NCBI RefSeq assembly: GCF_000150275.1
Contig: NW_002060948.1
Coordinates: forward strand, 5,192,336 to 5,256,335
DNA length: 64,000 nt
DNA from: Trichoplax adhaerens
Lineage: Eukaryota > Animalia > Placozoa
Direction: 5' to 3'
The notes below the pieces were generated by a model, which made no database searches, was not told the origin of the DNA, and worked only from the letters and a program-made list of their open reading frames with translations. Within the stretch, counting starts at the first letter, position 1, and each line of letters begins with the position of its first letter. Position numbers and translations under genes: made by a program. Shown one piece after another: positions 39,289-51,432 of the stretch.

Positions 39289-40035
39289 TTATGCTAATAA
39301 TTTATGGAGAGATTGCGTTAAATCATCAAAGTTATAACCATACGGCCCTGGACCACCCTTGTAAAGGATCTTATAGTCATCAGAAACGACATAAAGGCGT
39401 TCAGGTACTGCATCGTAAAGATTTGATGTAGTATCATCGATATCGTCTACAACGATAGCATGCTGAAAAGAAGAGTTTTGGATAAAGGCTTGCGCGACTT
39501 TCATCCTATCTTCTAATGTTTTAGGCTGTTTAAAGCATATCCCCAAGTCTTCATTCATACCTGATAATCTCCAGCCGTCAGTAGCATGAGCTTCACGAAT
39601 ATAAATGGTAATAAATTCCACACGATCACCAAATTGACGACAACAATCGTCATATTGAGGAATGGAACGACGAAATGGGGGTCAGGTATAAGAACCAAAA
39701 TTGAGGACAGCTAATTTTTTATTGCTTTCTTGAATGATTTGATGGATATTGGTTACACCTTTATTAATAGTGTAGAGTTTACCAGCAGGTGCTTGTTTGC
39801 CTATTTTTAACGTTCCATATTGAATATAGGCTGATTGATCTTGGCCAAGTCGACCTAAAGTGTCTCTATCCATCCAATAGAATATATTTATTCTTGGTGA
39901 GTTGGCAATTAATTGCCGATAATACTTGATCCATATGATTGGATTATGGATAAAGCAAATCCAGTTTAAACGTATAAATACTAGCAATCCGTACAATGCT
40001 AGCAGCCATGATTTTAGACCATCAACGAAAGCCAT
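39289..40035 (-). CDS. DIO: Iodothyronine deiodinase-family selenoprotein (intronless, 248 aa, Sec encoded by TGA 39684-39682)
   Basis: The ORF-track pieces 39682..40041 and 39289..39621 are in the same frame. Reading through TGA gives LAVLNFGSYT-U-PPFRRSIPQY...VEFITIYIREAHATDGW...PKTLEDR...VVDDIDD...YDAVPERLYVV...YKGGPGPYGY, which are deiodinase family motifs. There is an N-terminal hydrophobic anchor and a downstream SECIS. Confidence 0.95.
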
Positions 40036-40750
40036 AGCCAAATCGTACCGTCTAATGCACTATGTTGACTGAGATGTTTTGATTTACTGCTCAAACTGTG
40101 TTGAATGTCGGCAAGAGTTTACAAGGTAGCAAAATAGTTTTGGATGCCGAGGTAGCCTTTGATGACAGCAGCACCTACTTACTATAGTACTCAAGCTTCA
40201 GCAACTACTTAAGTAAGAAGAAAGGGAAGGGACAGAAGAAGGAAATGATGCTTGACTATGTCAATAATATAATGTGGAGGCTGATTAATTAGTTTACTGG
40301 TCATTTCAAATATATCGTATGTCTGCAACAGTACACTAAATAATAGTTGGCGATGGATATTTAAATGAGCTATTCTTAGCATAAAGGTAAGGAAAAAAAA
40401 AAACTACCAGTGCTAATATACCCACCCTACTCACTACTTAGTAATGGTAGAGATGCCGGCAGTCCATGATTGTTAGCTAGCCAAGTTGATTTTGTTCAGT
40501 ATCGCATATAATTTCATTGCTACCGTAGCGGAGAATGGCTCGAAAAATGATCGATTCCATATGATGTTGCACTCAAGGCCATTTCTTGTTCCCATCTCTT
40601 CCTTTTTAGTACTGTCATCCCTAGTGACGGGCTGCAAACACCAATGCGATAATGGCGACATGGCGATGCCAATGCTCAAGCTTACTCAAGCCTGCTGACA
40701 AATACAACGGCTAAAATAATTGCCTAGAAATTTACGTCGGACATTGCCTG

Positions 40751-41327
40751 TTTGGCGTCTATTTAATTCATTCAAATTGCTACGATACTATACAGTACAC
40801 TGTGGATCCATGTTGATCATTGCCTACGGTAAAAGAGAGGTCATTTTATTGAATGCATCCATCATCATGTCTCCATTTTGAACATGGTTCCTACTGGTGA
40901 TGTTTGAAAATAGCTGATCGGTATACTGTAATACTATTTCAAGCTAGTATTTTGAAAGAGTGCTTCAAAATGATGAGCATCTCGTCAAGCTAATTGAGAA
41001 AGAGTCATGATAATATAGAAGATAGACTGTATATTATTTGGCGTCTATTTAATTCATTCAAATTGCTACGATACTATACAGTACACTGTGGATCCCATGT
41101 TGATCATTGCCTACGACAAAATAGAGGCCATTTTATTGAATACATCCATCATCATGTCTCTCCATGTTGAACATGATTCCTGCTGGTGATGCTTGAAAAC
41201 AGCTCATCTACTGTAATACTATTTTTAAAGCTAGTATTTTGAAAGAGTGCTTCCAAATGATGAGCATCTCGTCAAGCCAATTGAGAAAGGGTCATGATAA
41301 TAGAGAGGCTAGATCCTGTATATTATT
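40751..41327. repeat. Tandem duplication, period about 286 bp, between the divergent DIO and SPAG7 genes
   Basis: tttggcgtctatttaattcattcaaattgctacgatactatacagtacactgtggatcc occurs at 40751 and 41037. Confidence 0.95.
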
Positions 41328-41687
41328 CTACTGTATCGAATATATAATTTAATTTTGTCCACGTTTATTAAATTAGTTTTAATATCAGTGGACATCATTT
41401 TTCCAATCCTATCGCTTTTGAAGCATCATTCTATATACAGTATCCATAATATGGATTCCGCTATTGCAGAGACATTGAGACGGACACAAAGACGCATCCA
41501 TAACTCTCCATCGGCTATGAACTACCAATAGAAAATAACTCGACGTTTCTTTGAGTAGTCTATGCCATAAAATGACACTTAATAATGCAGTACTGTAGCA
41601 AGTAGGATATTACTACTGTATTAAGAGATGAAAGCAAAACTGCCGAGAAATGCAGTTAAGCAAAGTAGACGACAGAAAATTTGCCTA

Positions 41688-41698
41688 CCGCCATTTTG
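41688..41698 (+). promoter_or_regulatory. YY1-type motif upstream of SPAG7
   Basis: CCGCCATTTTG matches the YY1 consensus CCGCCATNTT, about 140 nt upstream of the ATG in a locally GC-richer patch. Confidence 0.45.
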
Positions 41699-41836
41699 AC
41701 TTGCATGCCGGCCGGCAACTACAGTACGCCGGCCACAGTACAACAAATTTGCTTGGTACTGTACACTGTACTGCTAGGGTTGGGCAGGAAGAAACATTCA
41801 ATTAATTTTTTCCCATCTGCAAAACATTATTCCAAG

Positions 41837-44800
41837 ATGGATCTGCTGGATTCAATCATGAAATCGATGGATAAACCGCCATCCTTATCGCAAAAAGAGA
41901 AAAAGATCCAACGGGGTAATTTGATATTAGATAAATCACTTACTAAATGTATCGGTTATTTATTATGGCTTTCCATCTTATGCAATACAATGGAAATGGC
42001 CCATCAACAGGAAAACACGTTGCACCAAGAAGAGCATGCCATGCATGTTCTTGGTGCAACAACGCTTTACTATCTTTCACGACATGTTATATTTGATAGT
42101 TTCAAATGGATGATCTCTCTTTTTCAATGACTCGACCAGTTAAACCTGCAATAGTAATAGATCATCGATAAACTAGTATATACAACTGTATATTTTGACT
42201 GCAATAGCTTATAGCCTTTGAAAAAGGGATACTGTACCATCACGATGTTAATGGTATATCAATGATTACAACTGTGTCTGCAGATAGGGATCTTATGGTA
42301 ATATCGAGGAAAGACTACTGTTCTAATTGCTCATCGTTGATAACTAACTTAGTTGATTACTTAAACAGAGTAATCTTGCCATGGTTTTGAGCTTCAATTA
42401 TTAATTGACAAGTAGAGATACTGCTATCACGATGTTAATGATATATCAATGATTACAACTGTGTCTGCAGATAGGGATCTTATGGTAATATCGAGGAAAG
42501 ACTACTTTTCTAATTGCTCATCGTTGATAACTAACTTAGTTGATTACTTAAACAGAGTAATCTTGCCATGGTTTTGAGCTTCAATTATTAATTGACAAGT
42601 AGAGATACTGCTATCACGATGTTAATGATATATCAATGATTACAACTGCGTCTGCAGATAAGGGATCTTATGGTAATATCGAGGAAAGACTACTTTTCTA
42701 ATTGCTCATCGTTGATAACTAACTCAGTTGACTGCTTAAACAGAGTAATCTTGCCGTGCTTTTGAGCTTCAATAATTGATAGGTACAGACGCTTATATCC
42801 CTTGTGCAGTACTATATACTCTTACTTTGGTAGCTTCTTCACCAATATTACGTACAGTACAACTTTCAGATGTCATTTTTAGGACTAGTGAAAATGAAGA
42901 ATTACTATAAAATATGATATTGACTTAGCCTTACTCTGATGTAATACTTCACAATTCTTATACGGTTATTTGTTCTCTCTGGCCATTTGTAATTGGAATG
43001 CTACTCACGGTTCCTTAAGCAAGCGTTCATCGATGGAGAAAATCAAGATAGCTTCACTTTGGATATAACATAGGCTTACGTTGAGCTCCTATGAAAGTGC
43101 ATATCCTAAATAGAGATCTGACGTAATCTAAAGCTTACGTACTGATATTCGTCTACAATGCTGTCTTATCACAAGAATTTATATAAACTACATACATACA
43201 TACAGTACTCTAAGATCTACCTCTGGTTAAATCTTATATTCTACACGACTCTATACTAGATCTAATGATACTATTTTTCGTTGAGAGGAACAATCCTTGT
43301 GTCAGTAACCTTATTCAAGTGGAATATGTAATATGTATCATCTGCATAAAGCTCGTAATGAAGTAAATTAATCTTTGATGATCAAGGCTTACTCGTCATA
43401 TTTTTCTAAGCAACGTTTTCCCGCCGATTGGAATATAGTACCCGTATGATCTTAAACAAGAGTTGCCCCTACCTGATGCTGATCGTTGTGTGTTGAATAA
43501 GTCGCAATCGTCTATATAACTTTTTTTCTCTTTACCATGTAGCTAAGAAAGAATTTTTGCAAAAACAACAAGAAAAGGAAAAAGAATCCATGTCCAAATT
43601 TAATACACAGGTATTAGCCTAACCGTTGCTTTCTTAAGTTGATGATCGGAATGTTTATCCTTGACCTAATATTGCTCTTGATCTATTAATTAGGTTCTAG
43701 ACCAAATTTCGGTATTTATCAATGACGCAAATGCCAAAAAACTGACGTATGAACCGATGGATAAAATTCACCGAACTGCTATGTTAGTGCTTTCATAAAC
43801 TCCAGTACTAATTTCATAGAGTAATAGATAGGATAATGATATGGAAGAAGGTTACAGCTTACGGACTAATAATTAATATAACTTAGAACTTAACAAGAAG
43901 CTCTTTTCTGCTTAATTTTGAATTTAATTTGTTTTCGTCGGAATAAACAAACATGTCAATTGACACAGTAGACAAATGGCAGATTAAACGATTGCTTTTT
44001 ATCTTCGGTGACTTCACAATTCCCTAATATGATTTTAACCTATGTTAAACTAGACATGAAATAGTTGAAAATGCTGGTTTACTATCATACTCTTTCGGAC
44101 AAGAAGGTGAATCTCGTTATGTAATGGTCTTCAAAAAGGTAGCGCCATAGCCTAGCATACCTGCTCATGTTAAGCCTTTCATTTATATTCTAATCAACAT
44201 GCAATTATGTAAGATTTGATTTATCGTAACGAAATGTTAATTTCTAGGAATTTCCTCCATCCGAAGAAGAATTGGCCGCATATAGACGAGGAGAGGTTAT
44301 TACTAATTTCTTATATTATTATGAAATGTTAAATACTTGGCATTTTAATGTGTTAGAGGCCTTTGACGAATTATTGTGTTAACATTCAACGGATGCTAAT
44401 AGAATTCTCTGCTGCCTTTTCAAAGGAATATGATCCAAGTGCTAAAAAGGATAATACTGACATAGATGATCACCAAGAAGAGGATAAAATAAAAGACAGC
44501 AAGCCCAAGCGAGATTATAGGGAGAAATATATGAAAATAGTCGGAAAGGAGAGTGGCATTGAAGCTGCAAAAATCACTGTTCCTAATGAAAATTTTGGAT
44601 TTGGTAAAAACATTACTAAAAAGTTAAATTAGTTATTTTAGTCAAGTTAATGTTATAATAATGTATTAGTAGTGACAGTGTAACTACATAGTCGTTACGC
44701 ATGGTTATGAAAATGTCGTGTCTGCTTATAAATAATGATACATACAAAGTAGTAGTAAGCATTGAATTTTTCTTCATTTCCATTGCAACCCTTTGCAGTA

Positions 44801-44929
44801 CCAAGTAGTAACAAAAGAGATCAGCGCTCGATTGAGGAAACTCTGAACGAAATTCGTTCCCGAAAGCGTTCTAAGAAGGAGACTGATGCTAAGAACGAAG
44901 GTGAAGACTCTGGTGAACAGAAACAGTAA
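41837..44929 (+). CDS. SPAG7: Sperm-associated antigen 7 homologue (R3H domain protein), multi-exon
   Basis: Exons read MDLLDSIMKSMDKPPS, the R3H segment YEPMDKIHRTAI|HEIVENAGLLSYSFGQEGESRYVMVFKK, EFPPSEEELAAYRRGE, DYREKYMKIVGKESGIEAAK...NENFGF and VPSSNKRDQRSIEETLNEIRSRKR. Stop is TAA at 44927-44929. Confidence 0.95.
42228..42780. repeat. Tandem repeat, 187-bp unit, about 3 copies, in SPAG7 intron 1
   Basis: cacgatgttaatg.tatatcaatgattacaactg occurs at 42241, 42428 and 42615. Confidence 0.95.
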
Positions 44930-45459
44930 CTCTAATATGTGTAACTTTTATCAATTTTCGAATGTTGACTATTTGTAGGCATTGAAAATGTCGTTTGTAA
45001 AGTTTTTTATTTATACCTCAAATTGTAATACCCTATTTACTGTAAATACGTTCTCGTGAGTGTTATCATTTGCTTATATTCAATATTTAAAGCTTAAACA
45101 AGTATATGTATTATGCAGTCAGTGACTACATAATGTCTTCATCACTTGTACTTGATATACAAATATTAACATATACTTTGCACGTTACCATGTCCTTGCG
45201 AGCATCATCTTCTCATTTCAATGTTTACAGTAGTACCTCTCCCATTTTTCTGCTAGTTAATTTAATATAACTAAACATCAGTTTATCATCGTAAATGGTT
45301 ACTTTCATCATGTTATATGATAGCTATTGTAATCTATTGCGGCTAAGTATAGTTTCAAAGCGTGTGTAGATGGTAATCGATACGAACTATTGTTTCGTAA
45401 TAATTGAAAACATGTTTAAGTACAAAATATAAATATGGCAAAGTTTCAATAAAATTCTT

Positions 45460-47998
45460 TTATTGTTCGATATTTTCTTCCAAAAAATTAAATTTAAACG
45501 CTTGATCTTTCGTCGATTTTTCATCCACATTTTTGCCGCTATTTGCATTCTACCATAAACAGTAATCATGTCGCATATAATCATATTTAATTAACTGACA
45601 ATCTTAAATATAAGGATCGCTTCTCTATCAGATATTAACCTGTAAAGTATAGGACTTTCTATAGACCCTTCCGACTTTTTTTTCAGGGTTGATCTTCTTA
45701 ATACTCGATTGAGAAATCTTCATACTTGCTAAATTTAGATAGATATCGAATGATAGTATATAACAATTCAAAAATACTGGCAAGACTTTGATAGGAAATG
45801 CACTTCTTAGCAATCATTATTCAGACTACAATAAGTGTTCTAGTGAATCATAATGGTGGTAATTATTCCATACAATGTAATTTTAAATTTAAAACTACAG
45901 TAATTATTTCTTAAAGGAGGGAAATCGGTCATTTTACCTGTTGCTTGCTCAAGAAGAGACTGTTTAACTTTCATTTTGTAATCGCCAAAAGTTTGTCTTA
46001 GTAATATTTTCTTTTTGGTCTATGAAAGAAAAAGACAGAATGTACACGATCACTATCCATCGACCATTGAGAAATATTTAATCCTGTATTAACTGATCCT
46101 TCATATATCTTTTATTAAAGTAGTCAATGAATCCAATATGCATTTAATAACTAATAAAGTATAGCACAAGATCTTTATTTACGAAAGCCAAACAATGTCA
46201 TTTTGCCAATAATAATACTTCTTTCGTTTAAACACAATAACGTCATCATAGTATAAGTTATAAGACTAGGGAAAAGAAACCCAATGATTACCTCAGGAGT
46301 TTTCTTCGATTGTAGAATTCGTAATAATTTTTGAGAATATTCCACTATAACATGAGAATGATGCAAATTGAACTACTTTATTTCATTGATAGCACAGCAG
46401 ATAGACGATTGATTGACTGTGTCTTTCCATAATTACAAGTGCAGACACCTACCAGCTTCTTTTTTATCTTTATTAGAAATAATGCCCAATTCTAATTGTT
46501 GAATAGCCCAAGCCAGTTCCTCCTCGAATTCTATCTGCAAGTAAATATCCGTTATATTTGTTACGCACAAATTTCCAATTGAACAACCTACTAACACTAT
46601 TTCAAGCAAATACGAGATATTTGACTATGATTAAGCGTTGGATAACGCGCAAGTAATTCTTTTAGGTATGAAACTTACTCCTTCGTTTTCCGCTCCATTT
46701 ATCTGTCAACAGTTTAATTGTAGAACAAATTTAATTCATTTTAAAAATTATCAGCGTACGCACAATTATGCTATGTTGACTACGTAGACTATATGGAAAG
46801 CATATAGAAAAAAGTAATGATATATTGTAATAAGTTATTCTTCATTTATGCAATACAGTTCAAGTTTTAGCTCTTCAAAAAATAAATAAACATCAATATA
46901 TCTTAGTAGTTGATCATCCTCTCGTATCCTGTACATGCACTAAATTAAAGTGATTTGAAATAACATTTTAGAGCCAAGTCGAAGATAGAATTGACTTGGA
47001 GAAGTGGAATACTAAAAGTCGCTATCCTTCGTCCGGAATACGAGGATAGTGTGATATCCGTCCCTACATGAAGTCTTAAGCGCCATATTGTATATCGAGA
47101 TTTGGATAACAATTACTGTAAGTAGATATTACTCTACAGTTAATAACCATTCGAAAGTGGTGGACCTTTGGTATAGAACCAATATTAATAGGAAGTAGAG
47201 GACTAGGACTAGATCGAGTTTAATATGATAATAATGACTGTAAGTAGATATTACTCTACAGTTTGTAACGACTAATCTTTGCTGTAGAATCAATTTTAAA
47301 AGGAAGTAGAGGACTAAAGCTAGATCGAGTTTAATGCGATAGGTCTACTGTAGGTAAAAATGATTGCGAACGATTGGGAATTTTCTACTATTTCATTCAA
47401 GGTTGATACTCCTGCTTCGTTAATGTATGAATTATGAAGACATTGAATAGACCCAATACTAGTAATAAACTCGTTGAATTTGCGATACCTTTGCTGGTGC
47501 TATCAGCTCACATCATGATGTATAGCTTAGTAGTACACTAGTAACTGTCATGTACAACCTCCTGTTGATGATCTGCTTTTGATTCCAACTAAACCCAAGT
47601 TGCGAACAAAAGATCTGTTCTCAGGAAGTATTTTATCGTATACGAATGATCATACATTCTACTTCGATGTCGAGAGTAACTTGTCATCGGAATAAGTTAC
47701 AAGATAGGACAATTTCATCGACAACTGCCTAGCTCATCGCAGTCAATGCAACCGTTCTACTTAAGCTAAGAGTTGATAACCAATTTGACAGAAAACTTTC
47801 CATTACTCCACCATAACTAATTCTCATCCATTTTACCCCTGTAGCAACGATAGTCAAAAGGCTTAGCTGAAAGTTGTCGCTTACCGTCGAGGCTGCAGAA
47901 TTAGCAGAAGTAACGTTTCCTTTCTTGGAATTTTTTACTTCTTCTCTCCGCTTTCTATTTCTAGCTTGCGTTTTACTTAATTTCTGAGAAGTAGCCAT
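45460..47998 (-). CDS. C8orf33: UPF0488 / C8orf33 (DUF4615) homologue, multi-exon
   Basis: Exons read MATSQKLSKTQARNRKRREE (ATG 47998), IEFEEELAWAIQQLELGI, EYSQKLLRILQSKKTPE and TKKKILLRQTFGDYKMKV, with a final exon ...KDQAFKFNFLEENIEQ-stop (TAA 45462-45460). These match the family motifs EL.W..QLELG, FGDY and C-terminal F.FNF. Confidence 0.85.
47115..47340. repeat. Tandem duplication, period 122 bp, with an internal hairpin, in a C8orf33 intron
   Basis: actgtaagtagatattactctacagtt occurs at 47115 and 47237, and ggaagtagaggacta...ctagatcgagtttaat is repeated. Confidence 0.85.
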
Positions 47999-48685
47999 TG
48001 CTATATACTGTATATGCAATCGTAAAACTTGTGAAACCTTCTCTATACCATTGATTTCCCAAATGATCGTATCCACTGCTGCAATGGCTTCCTTCTCAAG
48101 AGTCGATGGCCATCAAAGATGCTCACTCACTTCAATCAACCTTGACACTATCCTATTGCCGATATTGCTAACCAACGATAAGCTCAATAACAGTAGACAG
48201 TCCTTCTTATAATAATTTAGCTTGCTATGGTAAGAATTTGCTCCTTCTTGGGCTTGAAGTTTGCAAGTTTTCCAAAGCAGTTTGCAAAATCTTGCTAGAA
48301 GCAAATTACAAGAAGTTCAAGTGTTGATATCGTCTTGTTTCCTTTGGATCTTATATATAATTATATGAAATACTAGTGGATGTTTGAGCACTGTATGCGT
48401 ACCAGCTCAATGTCCCAGCACAACCATCCGTTGCATAGTAACGACAGTACAACTACACAAACATGGCATCGAAATACAGGAAAGGAAGGGGTAAATTGAT
48501 ACGATGGCTGGACTATTTTAGCTCAGGTCCACCATTCCATTAAGAAAGGCAAAGCTGGCTACATTGCAGATCAAGAAGAAGCTCCATAGCAAGATAAATG
48601 GATCAATTTTACTGTAGTTACTGTTAACGAGCTTGAAGTTAATAGCATCAGTGAGATATCTGCTAATTAAGAATAGTGTGTTTGT

Positions 48686-51432
48686 ATGCAAGAGGATTTG
48701 CCAATGCAAAAGCTGCAGTGGACTGCAGGATTGCAGAAAGTTGTCGACAAATGCAACTCTTTCTACTTGCCAGGTCTGCTATCCAATTTTTAATTACCTT
48801 ATGATGTAGTCTATACATTCTATATGAAGCTCAGGAAGTACTGAAGATATTTGCATTTTGTTGGTCATTTCCATTTTGCTATTATGAATTGATAATACGA
48901 TCATGCATTGGCGTGATTGTGGAAGATTTTTGCAGAGATTGTATACTGTCGTGTCCAGCCTGCACTGCACTCTATACCTACCTTGCGAGGATCCAAAAGC
49001 AATGAAATCAATTCGTTCTTAACAATCAGTATCATTGCTGTTGTCTGCTTGCATTTTAATACATTTTACTTGACATTCCGATGTTTATGGCCATGACCGG
49101 CTAAATTTGAAAGCATAACCTCCATTGGTTTCGATTATGATGTCACATTACTTGCATGAAGGACTTCTCCTATAAATTTTAGTTTTCAAAAAGAGAAAGC
49201 AGTTCTTACTCGGTAATGTAATGGACGAGAAGACTACTGTAGATCGAACAGTTTATCCTGTTTCTCCCATGGTAGAAAATGGATCTTTGACAAATTCCTG
49301 CTAGTATCTATGGCACGGTAGCCTGGTACAGTAATATCTTTTCTCTTCCCATCTTGATAGTCCTTGTAACAAGGGGAATGTTAGAGATAGAGTTAGGGTT
49401 TCAGTTATAGCATGGAAGTACTGTAGATTATTGTAAATATCCAAAGCATTGGATGATTTACCCTATAGGAACCCTAGCGAATAAACGACAGGAAATGGCA
49501 TTAGAAAGTATTTAAGCTCAGACATAAAAAATAATATTTAGGGTAGTAACAAAGTAATCGAAACTTGTTCCATCACCGTTAAGTTCTATAATTATAATAT
49601 ACGCATATGTAATGATAGGTTCTACTCGTCCTTCGTCAAAGCCATTTACCCTTGATGGCCAGTGCATTGGCAGGATTCCTCCTTATGTGCTGCAACAACT
49701 TCATCATCACAAGAATGTATTCCAATTGGAAATGGATGACTCAGAAAATATTACAAGAATTACACTTCATGATAGACTAAAATCATTCGATGAACGCACA
49801 AAAGCAGTAGACGAAGTAATGAAGGACTGGAGAGACAATCATGTCTTTCCAGTCTTGGAAGGATGGAGGAATGAGGTAACGTTCATTTTATAGTAATTTC
49901 ATCTATTGATATAGTAGAGTAGGTATAAAAAATACGAGTACTTCGTAGGAAAAATAGTATACATATCAAAAATCTATCTTGAAGTAGGCTGATAGTTACT
50001 TGTATCTAATATTATCAACAACGCCATTGAATAACAAATCATATTAATGTAATATTACTCAAATGCTATTTCATATATTGACTATGTTGGTCTAGATGTA
50101 CAAGGTTTCACAAACATACATATCAGGACCGTTATTTAACATGGAGCGAAGTGCAACTTGTAAATCTTAATTAAGATAGCGAAATTGCTAGCTTACAGTA
50201 ATCTAATAATGTCTTTAACTTGTAGTCTAATTGACAAATAATCTTTTCCCTTATCTTCAGTACTACTTTGCTGCTTTATTCTATTTTACCGTAGTTCGCT
50301 ATCGCTAACAAAATTCTGGCTTTCAATCGTAGCTTTGCTAGGTATAAGACAATATGGAATCCATGTGAATGGATTCTATATTGATTGCAAGAATGATGAT
50401 GTTTTAATGTGGGTTGGTAAAAGGAGTAAGACGAAAGCAACCTTTCCTGGAAAATTAGATAACCTGGTAGGCAAATAATTCTGAGTACGCTCATAAACCG
50501 ATATTCCACTTATTATCTAACTCATAACTACTGTGTTTATCTTATTCCATGTTATACTTGTATTTCATTGGATCAATATTTGATGTAGTCCATTTAACTA
50601 CCAAAGATCAAATATGATAGTTGAGAATTGTACCTCATCTATTATTGTTACTATTCTAAGTTATGAAACGATATTATTTCTGTTTAATATTTTGTAATGC
50701 ATTTAAAGTATCATTATGGCTTGAAAATGATACTATCAAGACGATATTTAACTGTATGCATATAGTTTGTGTAGGCTGCAATCCGATGCGAGTTGAGGTT
50801 TACTGTTCATCTTTGTACATATCCATATATTTTATTTTTGAATTTAATAGGCTGCTGGAGGTATCTCCGTGGGGTACAACATTGCTGATACCTTGATTAA
50901 AGAATGCGCTGAAGAAGCGTCCCTCCCTGAAGAACTTGCTAGAAGAGCAATCTCAACTGGAGCGCTAACGTAAGTAGCATATCACAGTAGCTAAACGATA
51001 ATTTTTGTAAACGCTGTTGGTTAATCTAATACCATAAATCATCTACTATACTATAAATAGCTATTGCTACGAGGATGAGAGAGGCTATTTTCCAGAAACT
51101 CAGTTTGTGTATGACCTTGAGTTACCTCCTGACTTTACTCCGGTAAATTCGGACGGAGAAGTAGAAGAGTTCTATCTCATGAAGCTAGAGGAGGTCCATA
51201 AATCAAATAATATCGATATTAAGTCCAACGTATTTCCTTTTTTGCTCTTTAGTTAATATTTTTTGCCTGCTTATTGATGTTACTATAGGTTGTGCAACGT
51301 ATTTCAGATGATGAATTCAAGCCTAATAGTGCACTGTCAGTAATAGATTTCTTAATTAGAAGGGGATATCTCAAGCCCGACGACCAAAATTATCTGCATA
51401 TCCTGTCTGTGCTGCATCGAGATCTGGACTGA
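48686..51432 (+). CDS. Nudix hydrolase of the DUF4743 / YJR142W / plant NUDT20 type, multi-exon
   Basis: Exons read MQEDLPMQKLQWTAGLQKVVDKCNSFYLPG, ...PFTLDGQCIGRIPP...LEGWRNE, MERSATSLLGIRQYGIHVNGF...MWVGKRSKTKATFPGKLDNL, the Nudix box AAGGISVGYNIADTLIKECAEEASL, YDLELPPDFTPVNSDGEVEEF and FKPNSALSVIDFLIRRG. Stop is TGA at 51430-51432. The start codon is tentative. Confidence 0.9.
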
